DNA of 64,000 nucleotides from Macrostomum lignano (lineage: Eukaryota), in NCBI GenBank assembly GCA_002269645.1, contig NIVC01000197.1, forward strand, positions 186,001-250,000. The letters run 5' to 3'. A program made the translations under genes and the position numbers. Positions 13,071 through 25,133 of the stretch are shown piece after piece. The number at the start of each line of letters is the position of its first letter. The stretch's first letter is position 1. Below the pieces are notes generated by a model. It saw nothing but the letters and a program-made list of their open reading frames with translations, was not told the DNA's origin and searched no databases.

Positions 13071-13364
13071 GTATGTTGGAGTCAACCTGCGACCGATGGG
13101 CCGCTGAGCGGTTGTGAGAGGAGGAAAATCACATTTTAAAGGCTTATTTTGAACTATCCAACAAGAAATGGCTTATTTTTTTATTTAAAGCTGTGAGCCG
13201 TGCTTCGTGTCCAAGGGTTGGTTGTAAAAGTTTATCGACTTTACTATTGAAAACTGGCAAACTGCCAAACCACAGCTCCTCCAAATTTCTCTATCGATTT
13301 TTTGTAGTTATGGAACTAATTTCGTCTTGACGAATAGTTCCCACGAGATAAACTGGAACAGATT

Positions 13365-13830
13365 ATCAGAGAGATTAGGAGAGAGGGGATCAGGGAGATT
13401 AGGAGAGAGGGGATCAGGGAGATTAGGAGAGGAGATCAGGGAGATTAAGAGAGGGGATCAGGGAAATTAGGAGAGGGGATTAGGGAGATTAGGAGAGGAG
13501 ATCAGGGAGATTAGGAGAGAGGGGATCAGGGAGATTAGGAGAGGAGATCAGGGAGATTAGGAGAGAAGGGATCAGGGAGATTATCAGAGAGGGGATCAGG
13601 GAGATTAGGAGAGAGGATCACGGAGATTAAGAGAGGGGATCAGGGAGATTAGGAGAGGGGATCAGGGAGATTAGAAGAGGGGATCAGGGAGATTAGAAGA
13701 GAGGGATCAGGGAGATTAGGAGAGAGGATCAGCGGGGATTAGGAAAAGGGTTTCGGGGAGACTAGGAAAGGGGATTCGGGAGATTAGGAGAGAGGGGATC
13801 AAGGGAATTAGAAGACGTAATCAGGGAGAT
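13365..13830. repeat. Purine-rich about 20-22 bp minisatellite (gggagattaggagaggggatca) in AK5 intron 2
   Basis: Direct reading. Confidence 0.9.
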
Positions 13831-14005
13831 TAGAATTGCAAGAAGTTAAAATAGTTTACAATAGTCGGAACGCGTGCTCACTAAGAAGGTTATGGCTAAG
13901 CGTTCAACTAAGCGTTCTGGAATCCCACTTATGGACGCAATGCACCCACTTACTGCCTAGATAATACCAGACACTTCATCCCATCGTTCTCCCCCTCTCC
14001 ATCAG

Positions 14006-14463
14006 CGGGATCACGGGCGGACTTCGTCGACAAGGCCAAGCAGCCGCTGCCACCAATCGGTGCCCCTGTTGAAGCCGCATCAGCCGTTGAGAAGGCGCCG
14101 CCTCCTCCTCCATCCACTGGCGACAGCGAAGCGCCAGTCGCGCCTCAGATTGAAGAGCAGCCGCAGGCAGCGGAGCAATCCAAGCCTCCCGCTGCTCCCA
14201 TCGCCTGCCCGCTGGTTTTGCTGATCGGCGGTCCCGGCAGCGGACGTCGCCGCGTCTGTCGAGAGTTGGCGCGGCGCTACGACTTCCAGGCTGTCTGCTT
14301 TGGCGACCTGGCGCGCGGCGCCACTGCCAAGGACAGCCTCACAAACTCAGCGGCTCTGGCGCTCCTGACTGACGCCCTCGGCAGGCTGCCCGCCGACTGC
14401 CAAGGCGTCTTCGTTGAGGGCTTCCCCTGGAATGAGGCGCAGCTGGGAGAACTGCTGCTGCAG
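14006..14463 (+). CDS. AK5: AK5-like exon 3 (linker and first AK domain, GGPGSGR)
   Basis: Acceptor catcag, phase 1 in frame with P-loop; donor gtgact at 14464. Confidence 0.85.
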
Positions 14464-14464
14464 G

Positions 14465-14654
14465 TGACTGACTGACTGACTGACTGACTGACTGACTGAC
14501 TGACTGACTGACTGACTGACTGACTGACTGACTGACTGACTGACTGACTGACTGACTGACTGACTGACTGACTGACTGACTGACTGACTGACTGACTGAC
14601 TGACTGACTGACTGACTGACTGACTGACTGACTGACTGACTGACTGACTGACTG
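14465..14654. repeat. (GACT)n microsatellite starting inside the 5' splice site of AK5 intron 3
   Basis: CAG|GTGACTGACT...; about 47 units. Confidence 0.95.
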
Positions 14655-14690
14655 AAGTATCGCTCACTTTCTTCCCGGGAACTCCGCCAG

Positions 14691-15533
14691 GTGCAGAGCA
14701 TCAAGTGCGCCCTACTGCTGGACTTTCACGAGGCGGCTCTGCGCAAGCGGCTGGAAGACCGGGCGGTGCCAGCGGACGAGGCCGCCGCCAGACTGGAGAA
14801 ATTCCGATCTGCCACCCTGCCCGTGTGCCGCCACCTCGACGACGAGGGCAAGCTGCTGCTGCTGCCAGTCGATGGCGAGCCGGGAGACGGCGCGGCCGAC
14901 GCCGATGTCTCGGTTGTTGCTGGCGACGCGGTCGCTCTGCTTGAGCGGGTGCTCGGCGCGCCATCCAAGCCGGCAGCCGAGACGTCAGCGCCGGCAGCGC
15001 CGCACCCGACGGGTCCGCAGCTGTACATCCGGACGCTGGACTTCGACGTGGAGTCGGCCACGGAGTCTGTGGAGCGGGACACCGACCTGCCCGCCTGCCC
15101 CATCCTCCTGCTGCTCGGCGGTCCCGGCAGCGGCCGCTCCGCGCTTTGCCGCCGTCTGGCCGCCGCTTTCGACGGCTTCGTCCGCGTCGACGCCCGCAAC
15201 GCCCTTGGCGGCGACAGCGACGCCGACAGCGACAATCGGCCAGACGGTCGGGTCGAAGCGGAGGCGCTGCGCCGCCTGCTGAGCTCGCCGGCGCTGGCCG
15301 GTGCCCGCTGCGTCCTGCTGGAGGGCTACCCGACCTGCGAGGCCGACCTGCGCGATGCCTGCGCCAGGCTTGGCCGGCCCGACCTCGCTGTGCTGATCGA
15401 CTGCAGCGAGACCGGCCTGCTGGCCCGGCTGGCGTCCCTGCCCGAGGAGGACGTGGCGGCCCGGCTGCGCTACTTCAAGGAGGAGACGCTGCCGGTCGTT
15501 CGCAGTCTTGACGCTGCGGGCCGACTCAGTGTG
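14691..15533 (+). CDS. AK5: AK5-like exon 4 (end of AK domain 1, AK domain 2)
   Basis: Acceptor ccgccag, phase 0; second GGPGSGR, LLEGYP, VLIDC motifs; donor gtgaga at 15534. Confidence 0.85.
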
Positions 15534-17266
15534 GTGAGACACCTGGGGGCTCAGTGTGTGAGACACCTGGGGGAGCTCAGTGTGTGAGACACCTGGGGGC
15601 TCAGTGTGGTGAGACACCTGGGGGCTCAGTGTGTGAGACACCTGGGGGGGGCTCAGTGTGTGAGACACCTGGGGGCTCAGTGTGTGAGACACCTGGGGGG
15701 GGCTCAGTGTGTGAGACACCTGGGGGCTCAGTGTGTGAGACACCTGGGGGGGGGCTCAGTGTGGTGAGACACCTGGGGGGGCTCAGTGTGTGAGACACTT
15801 GGGGGGGGCTCAGTGTGTGAGACACCTGGGGGGGGGCTCAGTGTGGTGAGACACCTGGGGGTTCAGTGTGGTGAGACACCTGGGGGGGCTCAGTGTGTGA
15901 GACACCTGGGGAGCTCAGTATGTGAGACACCTGGAGGGCTCAGTGTGTGAGACACCTGGGGGGCTCAGTGTGTGAGACACCTGGGGGGGCTCAGTGTGGT
16001 GAGACACCTGGGGGGGCTCAGTGTGTGAGACACCTGGGGGGGGGGCTCAGTGTGTGAGACACCTGGGGGGGCTCAGTGTGGTGAGACACCTGGGGGTTCA
16101 GTGTGGTGAGACACCTGGGGGGGCTCAGTGTGTGAGACACCTGGGGAGCTCAGTATGTGAGACACCTGGAGGGCTCAGTGTGTGAGACACCTGGGGGGCT
16201 CAGTGTGTGAGACACCTGGGGGGCTCAGTGTGGTGAGACACCTGGGGGGGCTCAGTGTGTGAGACACCTGGGGGGGGCTCAGTGTGGTGAGACACCTGGG
16301 GGGGCTCAGTGTGGTGAGACACCTGGGGGTTCAGTGTGGTGAGACACCTGGGGGGGCTCAGTGTGTGAGACACCTGGGGAGCTCAGTATGTGAGACACCT
16401 GGAGGGCTCAGTGTGTGAGACACCTGGGGGGCTCAGTGTGTGAGACACCTGGGGGGCTCAGTGTGGTGAGACACCTGGGGGGGCTCAGTGTGTGAGACAC
16501 CTGGGGGGGCTCAGTGTGGTGAGACACCTGGGGGGGCTCAGTGTGTGAGACACCTGGGGGGGGCTCAGTGTGTGAGACACCTGGGGGGGGGGGCTCAGTG
16601 TGTGAGACACCTGGGGGTTCAGTGTGGTGAGACACCTGGGAGGGCTCAGTGTGTGAGACACCTGGGGGGGGGCTCAGTGTGGTGAGACACCTGGGGGGGG
16701 GCTCAGTGTGTGAGACACCTGGGGGTTCAGTGTGGTGAGACACCTGGGGGGGGCTCAGTGTGGTGAGACACCTGGGGGGCTCAGTGTGTGAGACACCTGG
16801 GGGTGGCTCAGTGTGTGAGACACCTGGGGGGGGGCTCAGTGTGTGAGACACTTGGGGGCTCAGTGTGGTGAGACACCTGGGGGTGGCTCAGTGTGTGAGA
16901 CACCTGGGGGCTCAGTGTGGTGAGACACCTGGGGGGGCTCAGTGTGGTGAGACACCTGGGGGGGCTCAGTGTGGTGAGACACCTGGGGGGGCTCAGTGTG
17001 TGAGACACCTGGGGGTGGCTCAGTGTGTGAGACACCTGGGGGGGGGCTCAGTGTGTGAGACACTTGGGGGCTCAGTGTGGTGAAACACATGGGTGAATCA
17101 GTGTGGTGAGACACCTGGGGGCTCAGTGTGGTGAAACACATGGGTGAATCAGTGTGGTGAGACACCTGGGGGCTCAGTGTGGTGAAACACATGGGTGAAT
17201 CAGTGTGGTGAGACACCTGGGGGCTCAGTGTGGTGAAACACATGGGTGAATCAGTGTGGTGAGACT
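15525..17266 (+). repeat. About 25-30 bp minisatellite ctcagtgtg(g)tgagacacctg(G)n, roughly 65 copies, unit spans the exon 4 donor site
   Basis: First unit overlaps the last 9 coding nt and the GTGAGA donor. Confidence 0.95.
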
Positions 17267-17442
17267 ACTTAGCTCGTACAGTAGGAAATATATAGGTGTT
17301 ATGAAAGGAAATGATTTCTTAGAAAACACAAGCTTCCAAGCTTTCTTAGAAACGAGGATTGTGTTGTAAATACCTATCCATTTAACGAGCTAATTTCCAA
17401 TAAAAGCCAGTTTCCCGCCCTCTTCATCAAACCCAACTCAAG

Positions 17443-17523
17443 ATCGACGGGGACAGAAGCGAAGAGGCGGTGTTGGCCGATCTAAAGGCGCTGATCGATT
17501 TTGTCATCTTTAATCGCCGCTAA
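17443..17523 (+). CDS. AK5: AK5-like exon 5 (IDGDRSEEAVLADLKALIDFVIFNRR*)
   Basis: Typical adenylate kinase C-terminal IDG..S.E.V helix; phase 0; five exons sum to 545 aa. Confidence 0.8.
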   Translation: MDGDRSEEAVLADLKALIDFVIFNRR

Positions 17524-17974
17524 AATTTCAAACGCTGCCGGTGTGCGCTGATTGCACTACTGACTGACTGTAAGTAGGCTGTAAAGCGAAGCTAAACTGA
17601 TACCAAAGTTGGTTATCTGTGCTAATTAAAGCGTATGAGGCGAAGAATATTGAACAGCGAACGGCATCCATCCATGAGAAACTAAGTTTACTATCGTTGT
17701 GTCTACATGTATGTAGTCTCTATATATGTTTTCTTGTACAATTTTATATTAACAAATTTGGACAATATTTTTGCAAGCTGTGATTAGCAAGCTCTATACA
17801 CTATATTTCTGATGCTCTTTTCTTTCGCTGATTTTTATACCTGATTATGAAACAGATGTTTTAAGCCAGATTGCAAACTGCATATGTTTTTAATTTCTAT
17901 ATTCTTTCCTGAGTCTTAATGTTCCAATAAAAAAGTACTTAATTGCCAAAATGCCCACTTGAGTCGAATTTTTC

Positions 17975-18205
17975 TAGAATTCCCCTTACACTATGGGGAT
18001 TCTCTATAGAATTCCCCATTAGTACAAGCTGGAAATCGATAGCGGGGAATTCCCATAGAATTAGTGGGGAATTCCCATAGAATTCCCCTTTGACTAGGGG
18101 GATTTTCTATAGAATTTCCGATTAGTACAAGCTGGAAATCAGCAATGGGGAATTCCCATAGAATTTCCCTAGACTATGGGGATTTTCTATAGAATTCCCT
18201 ATTAG
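17975..18205. repeat. Short array of direct and inverted gaattcccc/ggggattc motifs
   Basis: Recurring tagaattcccc..ctatggggattctctatagaattcccc..ttagtacaagctggaaatc. Confidence 0.65.
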
Positions 18206-18457
18206 TAAGCTGATGAAAATCGACAGCAGACAGTTACTGTTGACAGCACATAGCTTTTATTACCTTAAGTATCTATATAATCGGTCATAATTTTCATTTT
18301 TCGATTTGAAAAGCTAGGATTAAGAAGAAATGATTTATTCAAATAAATTAAAAAGTCACTCCTGTATTTCAAAACTATTTTTTGGATATTCTGTGGAAAA
18401 TGACTCCAGTAAGCGTTGTTTTGTTTTACTGCTTCTATTGCCTTTGGTTGGTTTGCT

Positions 18458-18585
18458 ATTCGTTAGGCATGTACACTTCACTGCGCCTTGTGGCTTGGCC
18501 TTCAGGGGCGTTAATTGCACGAGCCGCAGAGCCAAGCCGAGATTCCAATTCAGCCCCAAAATCAATGCGACTGCATCTGCTTCCA
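18458..18585 (-). mobile_element. Partial tRNA-derived SINE (same family as 27472-27847)
   Basis: cgttaggcatgtacacttcactgcgccttg..ttaattgcacgagc..agagccaagccgagattccaattcagccccaaa is the reverse complement of the 27575-27672 core. Confidence 0.75.
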
Positions 18586-18624
18586 TTTGCATTTGGGTAT
18601 TTGGGACAGCTGACCCATCCTCAG

Positions 18625-20032
18625 ACCATGCACAGACCATGCACAGACCATGCACAGACCATGCACAGAACATGCACAGACAATGCACAGAACATGCACA
18701 GACCATGCACAGACCATGCACAGACCATGCACAGAACATGCACAGACAATGCACAGAACATGCACAGACCATGCACAGAACATGCACAGACCATGCACAG
18801 ACCATGCACAGACCATGCACAGAACATGCACAGAACATGCACAGACCATGCACAGAACATGCACAGACCATGCACAGACCATGCACAGACCATGCACAGA
18901 CCATGCACAGAACATGCACAGACCATGCACAGACCATGCACAGACCATGCACAGAACATGCACAGACCATGCACAGACCATGCACAGAACATGCACAGAA
19001 CATGCACAGACAATGCACAGAACATGCACAGACCATGCACAGACCATGCACAGACCATGCACAGACCATGCACAGACCATGCACAGACCATGCACAGAAC
19101 ATGCACAGACTATGCACAGACCATGCACAGAACATGCACAGACCATGCACACAGACCATGCACAGACCATGCACAGACCATGCACAGACCATGCACAGAC
19201 CATGCACACAGACAATGCACAGACCATGCACAGACCATGCACAGACCATGCACAGACCATGCACAGACCATGCACAGACCATGCACAGAACATGCACAGA
19301 CCATGCACAGACCATGCACAGAACATGCACAGACCATGCACAGACCATGCACAGAACATGCACAGACCATGCACAGACCATGCACAGAACATGCACAGAC
19401 CATGCACAGACCATGCACAGACCATGCACAGACCATGCACAGACCATGCACAGACCATGCACAGAACATGCACAGACCATGCACAGACCATGCACAGACC
19501 ATGCACAGACCATGCACAGACCATGCACAGACCATGCACAGAACATGCACAGACCATGCACAGACCATGCACAGACCATGCACAGACTATGCACAGACCA
19601 TGCACAGACCATGCACAGAACATGCACAGACCATGCACAGACCATGCACAGACCATGCACAGAACATGCACAGACCATGCACAGACCATGCACAGAACAT
19701 GCACAGACAATGCACAGACCATGCACAGAACATGCACAGACAATGCACAGACCATGCACAGAACATGCACAGACCATGCACAGACCATGCACAGAACATG
19801 CACAGACAATGCACAGACCATGCACAGAACATGCACAGACAATGCACAGACAATGCACAGACCATGCACAGAACATGCACAGACAATGCACAGACCATGC
19901 ACAGAACATGCACAGAACATGCACAGACCATGCACAGAACATGCACAGAACATGCACAGACCATGCACAGACCATGCACAGACCATGCACAGAACATGCA
20001 CAGAACATGCACAGACCATGCACAGAACATGC
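18625..20032. repeat. 11-bp minisatellite (accatgcacag and aac/aca variants), about 128 copies, upstream of the nicotinic receptor
   Basis: Direct reading; source of all MHRPCTDHAQT-type ORFs. Confidence 0.95.
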
Positions 20033-20290
20033 AAAATCTTGCATGACGAGACGCAAAGTCCACTCAGCTGGGCCCCAGGCTCGAACAGTCCCATTGGCTG
20101 CAGCACGGGCCTCACTCCCCCATAGCGGCGGAGCTGCCAATCCCAGCTAGCACAGAGAGATTGCAGCTGTCGGCAAGACTTTACCTACTACGCTGGCCCA
20201 ATTTTGTTGCCATTCATTTTGTCCTCAAGGCGCATCACCCACTGACAGCTGTCACTCCTCCAGTCCTTCCCTTGGCCAAGTCGCGCACTC

Positions 20291-20926
20291 ATGCCGCAGC
20301 CTCGGCCGCTAGTAGTTCTGGCGCTGCTCATCGCCTGGACCGCCTGCTCAGGGCTCTGGCCGGCGCTGGCCGTCTCCGACCGGGTGTCCAGCTTCCGTAA
20401 CCAGCTGTCCAATAACTCGCTAGAACGCGAGCTCATCACCAAACTGGTGGACAAGTACACTCAGACCGGACTGCTAGGCAGGCCTGTCAACACCACTGGC
20501 GACCTGTTGGAGATCAACTTCGGCCTGGCGATCATCCAGATCCTCGACCTGGACGAGAACAAGCAGCTGCTGCGCACGAACTGCTGGGTTCGCTACACCT
20601 GGCTGGACCGGCACCTCAAGTGGGAAGGCGAGCGGGGCTTCGAGCGGTTCCAGAACATCACGCAGGTGCGCCTGGAGCCCGACTCGGTGTGGAAGCCGGA
20701 TATCCAGCTGTACAACTTTGCCGACACACGGCCTGAGGAGAAGCGCACGGCTCGGGTTGTGGTGTACTGGTCTGGCGAGGTGCTGTGGCACCCGCAGAGC
20801 CTGTTCAAGAGCACCTGCGCCGTGGAGATTCAGTACTTCCCGTTTGATACGCAGCTGTGCGCCCTCGAGTTTGGCTCGTGGACCTACGACATGACGCAGA
20901 TCAACCTCACCTGGGTTGGTTACGAG
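20291..20926 (+). CDS. Nicotinic acetylcholine receptor-like subunit exon 1 (signal peptide, most of ligand-binding domain)
   Basis: RPV, IIQILDLDE, VWKPDIQLYNFAD, Cys-loop CAVEIQYFPFDTQLC, FGSWTYD; donor gtcagt at 20927. Confidence 0.92.
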
Positions 20927-20977
20927 GTCAGTACCAGGGATTTGTGAGCATTTTTCTAGAATTTTTCCTTGTTTGCT

Positions 20978-21215
20978 AGGGGCTTGAAGGTCGGGGGTTC
21001 GATTCCCGATCCCACTGGAACAGTTAGTGTCCTTGAGCAAGACACTTTAAACTCTGCATTGCTTCAGTTCGCCCAGCTGTAAACTGGGTGCCAGCATTAC
21101 TGGGGTAACTGAGGGTGTGTGGCGACCCCCCCCCAGTCCTTGGACTGAACAGCCGTACACAGCCTTCAGATGCGCCGCGCGATAGCTGCGGCTGAGCTGT
21201 CGGTTGCATAAATAA
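20978..21215 (+). mobile_element. CORE-type tRNA-derived SINE
   Basis: B box ggttcgattcc at about 20996 followed by gtgtccttgagcaagacactttaaactct..cagctgtaaactggg, matching the recalled MIR/CORE core consensus. Confidence 0.7.
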
Positions 21216-21640
21216 TTATTAATTGCTAGTACAGCGCGTGGCTAGCTGAGGGTCAATTTTAATGCAAAATTGATCTGAACAAAAGCGTTCTCTTACCAGC
21301 GCCGCTCGCATAACTACACCATGGTTAAATTAAAAAACCTCCAAGGGCCGTTTAGCATTCAGAGCACATGCGGTCTGCCAAAAGAAGTTTCATAGCGTAT
21401 CTCATAGCCTATCTTATTCTTGGCCTATACTCTTCCCAAGCCTTGTTATTTGCATATATGCAAGAGTGGCACCGTGGTGTGCATACGAATATCCCATTAT
21501 GTTAGCTCAGGATTTCTATACGCTAACTTGCCACTAAGGCTTCCCATGTTGTTTCCGCTAAATAAGCCTATTTAGTGAAGTCCTTCGAATTCTCTTAGAT
21601 AATTTCACTATAGTGACCTGCAAGGGAAGCCCTTTAGTGT

Positions 21641-22345
21641 TGGCACTCAGATATTGGCACTCATGGCGCTTACATATTGGCACTCCAAGGCACTCAGATA
21701 TTGGCACCCCTGGCACTCAGATATTGGCACTTCTGGCACTCAGATATTGGCACTTCTGGCACTCAGATATTGGCACTTCTGGCACTCAGATATTGTCACT
21801 CATGGCGCTTACATATTGGCACTCCAAGGCACTCAGATATTGGCACTCCAAGGCACTCAGATATTGGCACCCCTGGCACTCAGATATTGGCACTTCTGGC
21901 ACTAAGATATTGGAACTCCTAGACACTCCGATATTGGCACTTCTGGCACTAAGATATTGGCACTTCTGGCACTAAGATATTGGCACTTCTGGCACTAAGA
22001 TATTGGCACTTTTGGCACTAAGATATTGGCACTTCTGGCACTAAGATATTGGAACTCATGGCACTAAGATACTGGCACTCATGGCACTAAGATACTGGCA
22101 CTCCAAGGCACTCAGATGTTGGCACTCATGGCACTAAGATATTGGCACTCCAAGGCACTCAGATATTGGCACTCATATATTGGCACTCAGATATTGGCAC
22201 TCAGATATTGGCACTCACATATTGGCACTCCTGGGCACTCAGATATTGGCACTCACATATTGGCACTCCTGGGCACTCAGATATTGGCACTTCTGGCACT
22301 CAGATATTGGCACTCCTGGGCACTCAGATATTAGCACTCAGATAT
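21641..22345. repeat. Compound minisatellite of GGCAC-initiated 14-bp and 9-10-bp monomers
   Basis: ggcactcagatatt alternating with ggcacttct/ggcactcat/ggcactccaa. Confidence 0.9.
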
Positions 22346-22994
22346 TTGACCCACTTATTGGAAATCTTCGTGAACTAACAGACGGCTTAAATGATTTGAG
22401 TAGAAATGGGAAATTTCGCAGTCCGTTGCCCACTCTCATCCTGAGGCTTATTGCAGGGAGCTAATGCGATTTTCTCACTATGAACTTCATCTTTGCTATC
22501 CAGGAGATCTGGCTGGTGTGTTGTTAAACAATTCATGCAGTCAGTCCGTGCATTATTAAACAATATCTTTATTGGCTGCAGCTGGGACTGCCGCAGACAT
22601 TGCAGACACCGCAGTGCCACCGCAGTGCCACCCAGCTGCTGCACTTCTAGATGGCTTGGAGTTTCTCACGAACGTCTTTCTCACCCTCTGTTTTCACTTC
22701 GCTATTAAATTTTATTCCTTCTTATCTGTTGGAATTCTCATTTGGGTCTCAGCAGCCGCTGTCCCGGTTCCCTATTCCCCTGGGCCAGCTCAAAGCCGAG
22801 AATTCCGAGAACACTGGCTGCATGTTCAAGCGGAAGATGATGAAATAAAATGCTAATAAGTTTTAGATGCAGGCCTCAGTCTGAGTCAATTAGTTGAACA
22901 AGACAAAAATGCAGACCTAAGCAGCAGTAGTGAAACATTTATAAAGTACATTATCTAGGAGTGTCCGAGAGTGTCTCTGATGTGACCGAGAGTT

Positions 22995-24165
22995 TCTAAG
23001 GGGCTGTCCGAGTGTGTCTAGGAGGCTGTCCGAGTGTGTCTATAGGAGGCTGTCCGAGTGTGTCTAGGAGGGTGTCCGAGTGTGTCTAGGAGGGTGTCCG
23101 AGTGTGTCTAGGAGGGTGTCCGAGTGTGTCTAGGAGGCTGTCCGAGTGTGTCTAGGAGGCTGTCCGAGTGTGTCTAGGAGGCTGTCCGAGTGTGTCTATA
23201 GGAGGCTGTTCGAGTGTGTCTAGGAGGCTGTCCGAGTGTGTCTAGGAGGCTGTCCGAGTGTGTCTATAGGAGGCTGTCCGAGTGTGTCTAGGAGGCTGTC
23301 CGAGTGTGTCTAGGAGGCTGTCCGAGTGTGTCTATAGGAGGCTGTTCGAGTGTGTCTAGGAGGCTGTCCGAGTGTGTCTATAGGAGGCTGTTCGAGTTTG
23401 TCTAGGAGGCTGTTCGAGTGTGTCTAGGACGGTGTCCGAGTGTGTCTAGGAGGCTGTCCGAGTGTGTCTAGGAGGCTGTCCGAGTGTGTCTAGGAGGCTG
23501 TCCGAGTGTGTCTAGGAGGCTGTCCGAGTGTGTCTAGGAGGCTGTCCGAGTGTGTCTAGGAGGCTGTCCGAGTGTGTCTAGGAGGCTGTCCGAGTGTGTC
23601 TAGGAGGCTGTCCGAGTGTGTCTAGGAGGCTGTCCGAGTGTGTCTATAGGAGGCTGTCCGAGTGTGTCTAGGAGGCTGTCCGAGTGTGTCTAGGAGGCTG
23701 TCCGAGTGTGTCTATAGGAGGCTGTCCGAGTGTGTCTAGGAGGCTGTCCGAGTGTGTCTAGGAGGCTGTCCGAGTGTGTCTAGGAGGGTGTCCGAGTGTG
23801 TCTAGGAGGCTGTCCAAGTGTGTCTAGGAGGGTGTCCAAGTGTGTCTAGGAGGCTGTCCGAGTGTGTCTATAGGAGGCTGTCCGAGTGTGTCTAGGAGGC
23901 TGTCCAAGTGTGTCTAGGAGGCTGTCCGAGTGTGTCTATAGGAGGCTGTCCGAGTGTGTCTAGGAGGCTGTCCGAGTGTGTCTAGGAGGCTGTCCGAGTG
24001 TGTCTAGGAGGCTGTCCGAGTGTGTCTATAAGAGGCTGTCCGAGTGTGTCTAGGAGGCTGTCCGAGTGTGTCTAGGAGGCTGTCCGAGTGTGTCTATAGG
24101 AGGCTGTCCGAGTGTGTCTAGGAGGCTGTCCGAGTGTGTCTATAAGAGGCTGTCCGAGTGTGTCT
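22995..24165. repeat. 22-bp minisatellite (tgtccgagtgtgtctaggaggc; 24-bp variant), about 50 copies
   Basis: Direct reading. Confidence 0.95.
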
Positions 24166-25133
24166 TGAAGTGTTTCTGGGATGTCTGAGTATCTTGAGTA
24201 TTGAATGGAAAACGGTTTCTCCCAGTCAAACCCAGTGTTCAGTTATTAATGAGGCGCCAGCAGTGCAAATAGAGCATGTCAATCTGGACCCTGGCAACAA
24301 TCTCCCTTTCTCCCGCCAACACCGGTTATTAAAGACGCTGTCAGCAGCCCCGCCTCTGCTTGGCGAGTTCCTCTCCCCTCCTGCCGCATTCCTCGGGCGG
24401 GGCAGGCAAATGGCGCATCCCAGGGGCACTCGTTGCGCGTTTTATTTGGGATTTGGGATGGACGAGATGGGGGGTGGGCGGAAGCTGACAGACTGCGCGC
24501 TGGATCAGGGAGAGGGATTAGATAATCCGGTCCAAACTGGATCAGCTTAGAGATGGAGCTGGGCGGGGAGCTGGGAAGCGGCGGCGGCGGCAGCCAGTTG
24601 GATCGGTGGGGAGCTGCCAGTCCCAAGAAACGGACGAAAGTGCAACCGGCGGTGGCGCGCGAGTGGCCGAGGCGGATGGGGCAGGGGATTAGCTGGGGGG
24701 AAGAAGTGGGAAGCAATTGGATTTGCTCGCTCTTCAGCTGGAACGCAGCTGCAGTGGCGGCGGCCAGGACTGAGTGGAATTGCCCGACGATGAAGCCAGA
24801 AGCCGGGGGGAGGGGGGGAGGCTGTGGGATTTTCCAAGAGCCGCTTTTGCGACAAAATTGCCCCGGCTGCTGGTACCTGCAGCCAGCCAGCCACCGCCCT
24901 CTCCAAGTCCCAGCGGCCCCCATTTAGCCGATTTCTTGCCTGATATTTGAGTAGTGGGGAGAGGGGGGAGCGCTAAGGAATCCGTCAACTGTCAAGGTTT
25001 GAAAGGAGGAAGATTTTGCTGATTCGCGTGTTAAGACAGACTGCTACTGTGAGTAGTGAAGAAGGTTTTTCTCGCAGCATAAGGTCCCAAAGTGAAATAA
25101 AATTTTAAGAGATGCTTGGAGACAAGACTGAAT

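Noticed and set aside
15600-17050. Variation in G-run length as biological information
   Set aside because: Cannot be separated from homopolymer sequencing error without raw reads.
18330-20150. About 500-600 aa His/Cys-rich ORFs in six frames
   Set aside because: An 11-bp unit without stops is open in all frames; not evidence of coding.
24158-24988. Cluster of 70-210 aa ORFs in the nAChR intron
   Set aside because: GC-rich sequence with overlapping ORFs on both strands and no homology I can recognise.
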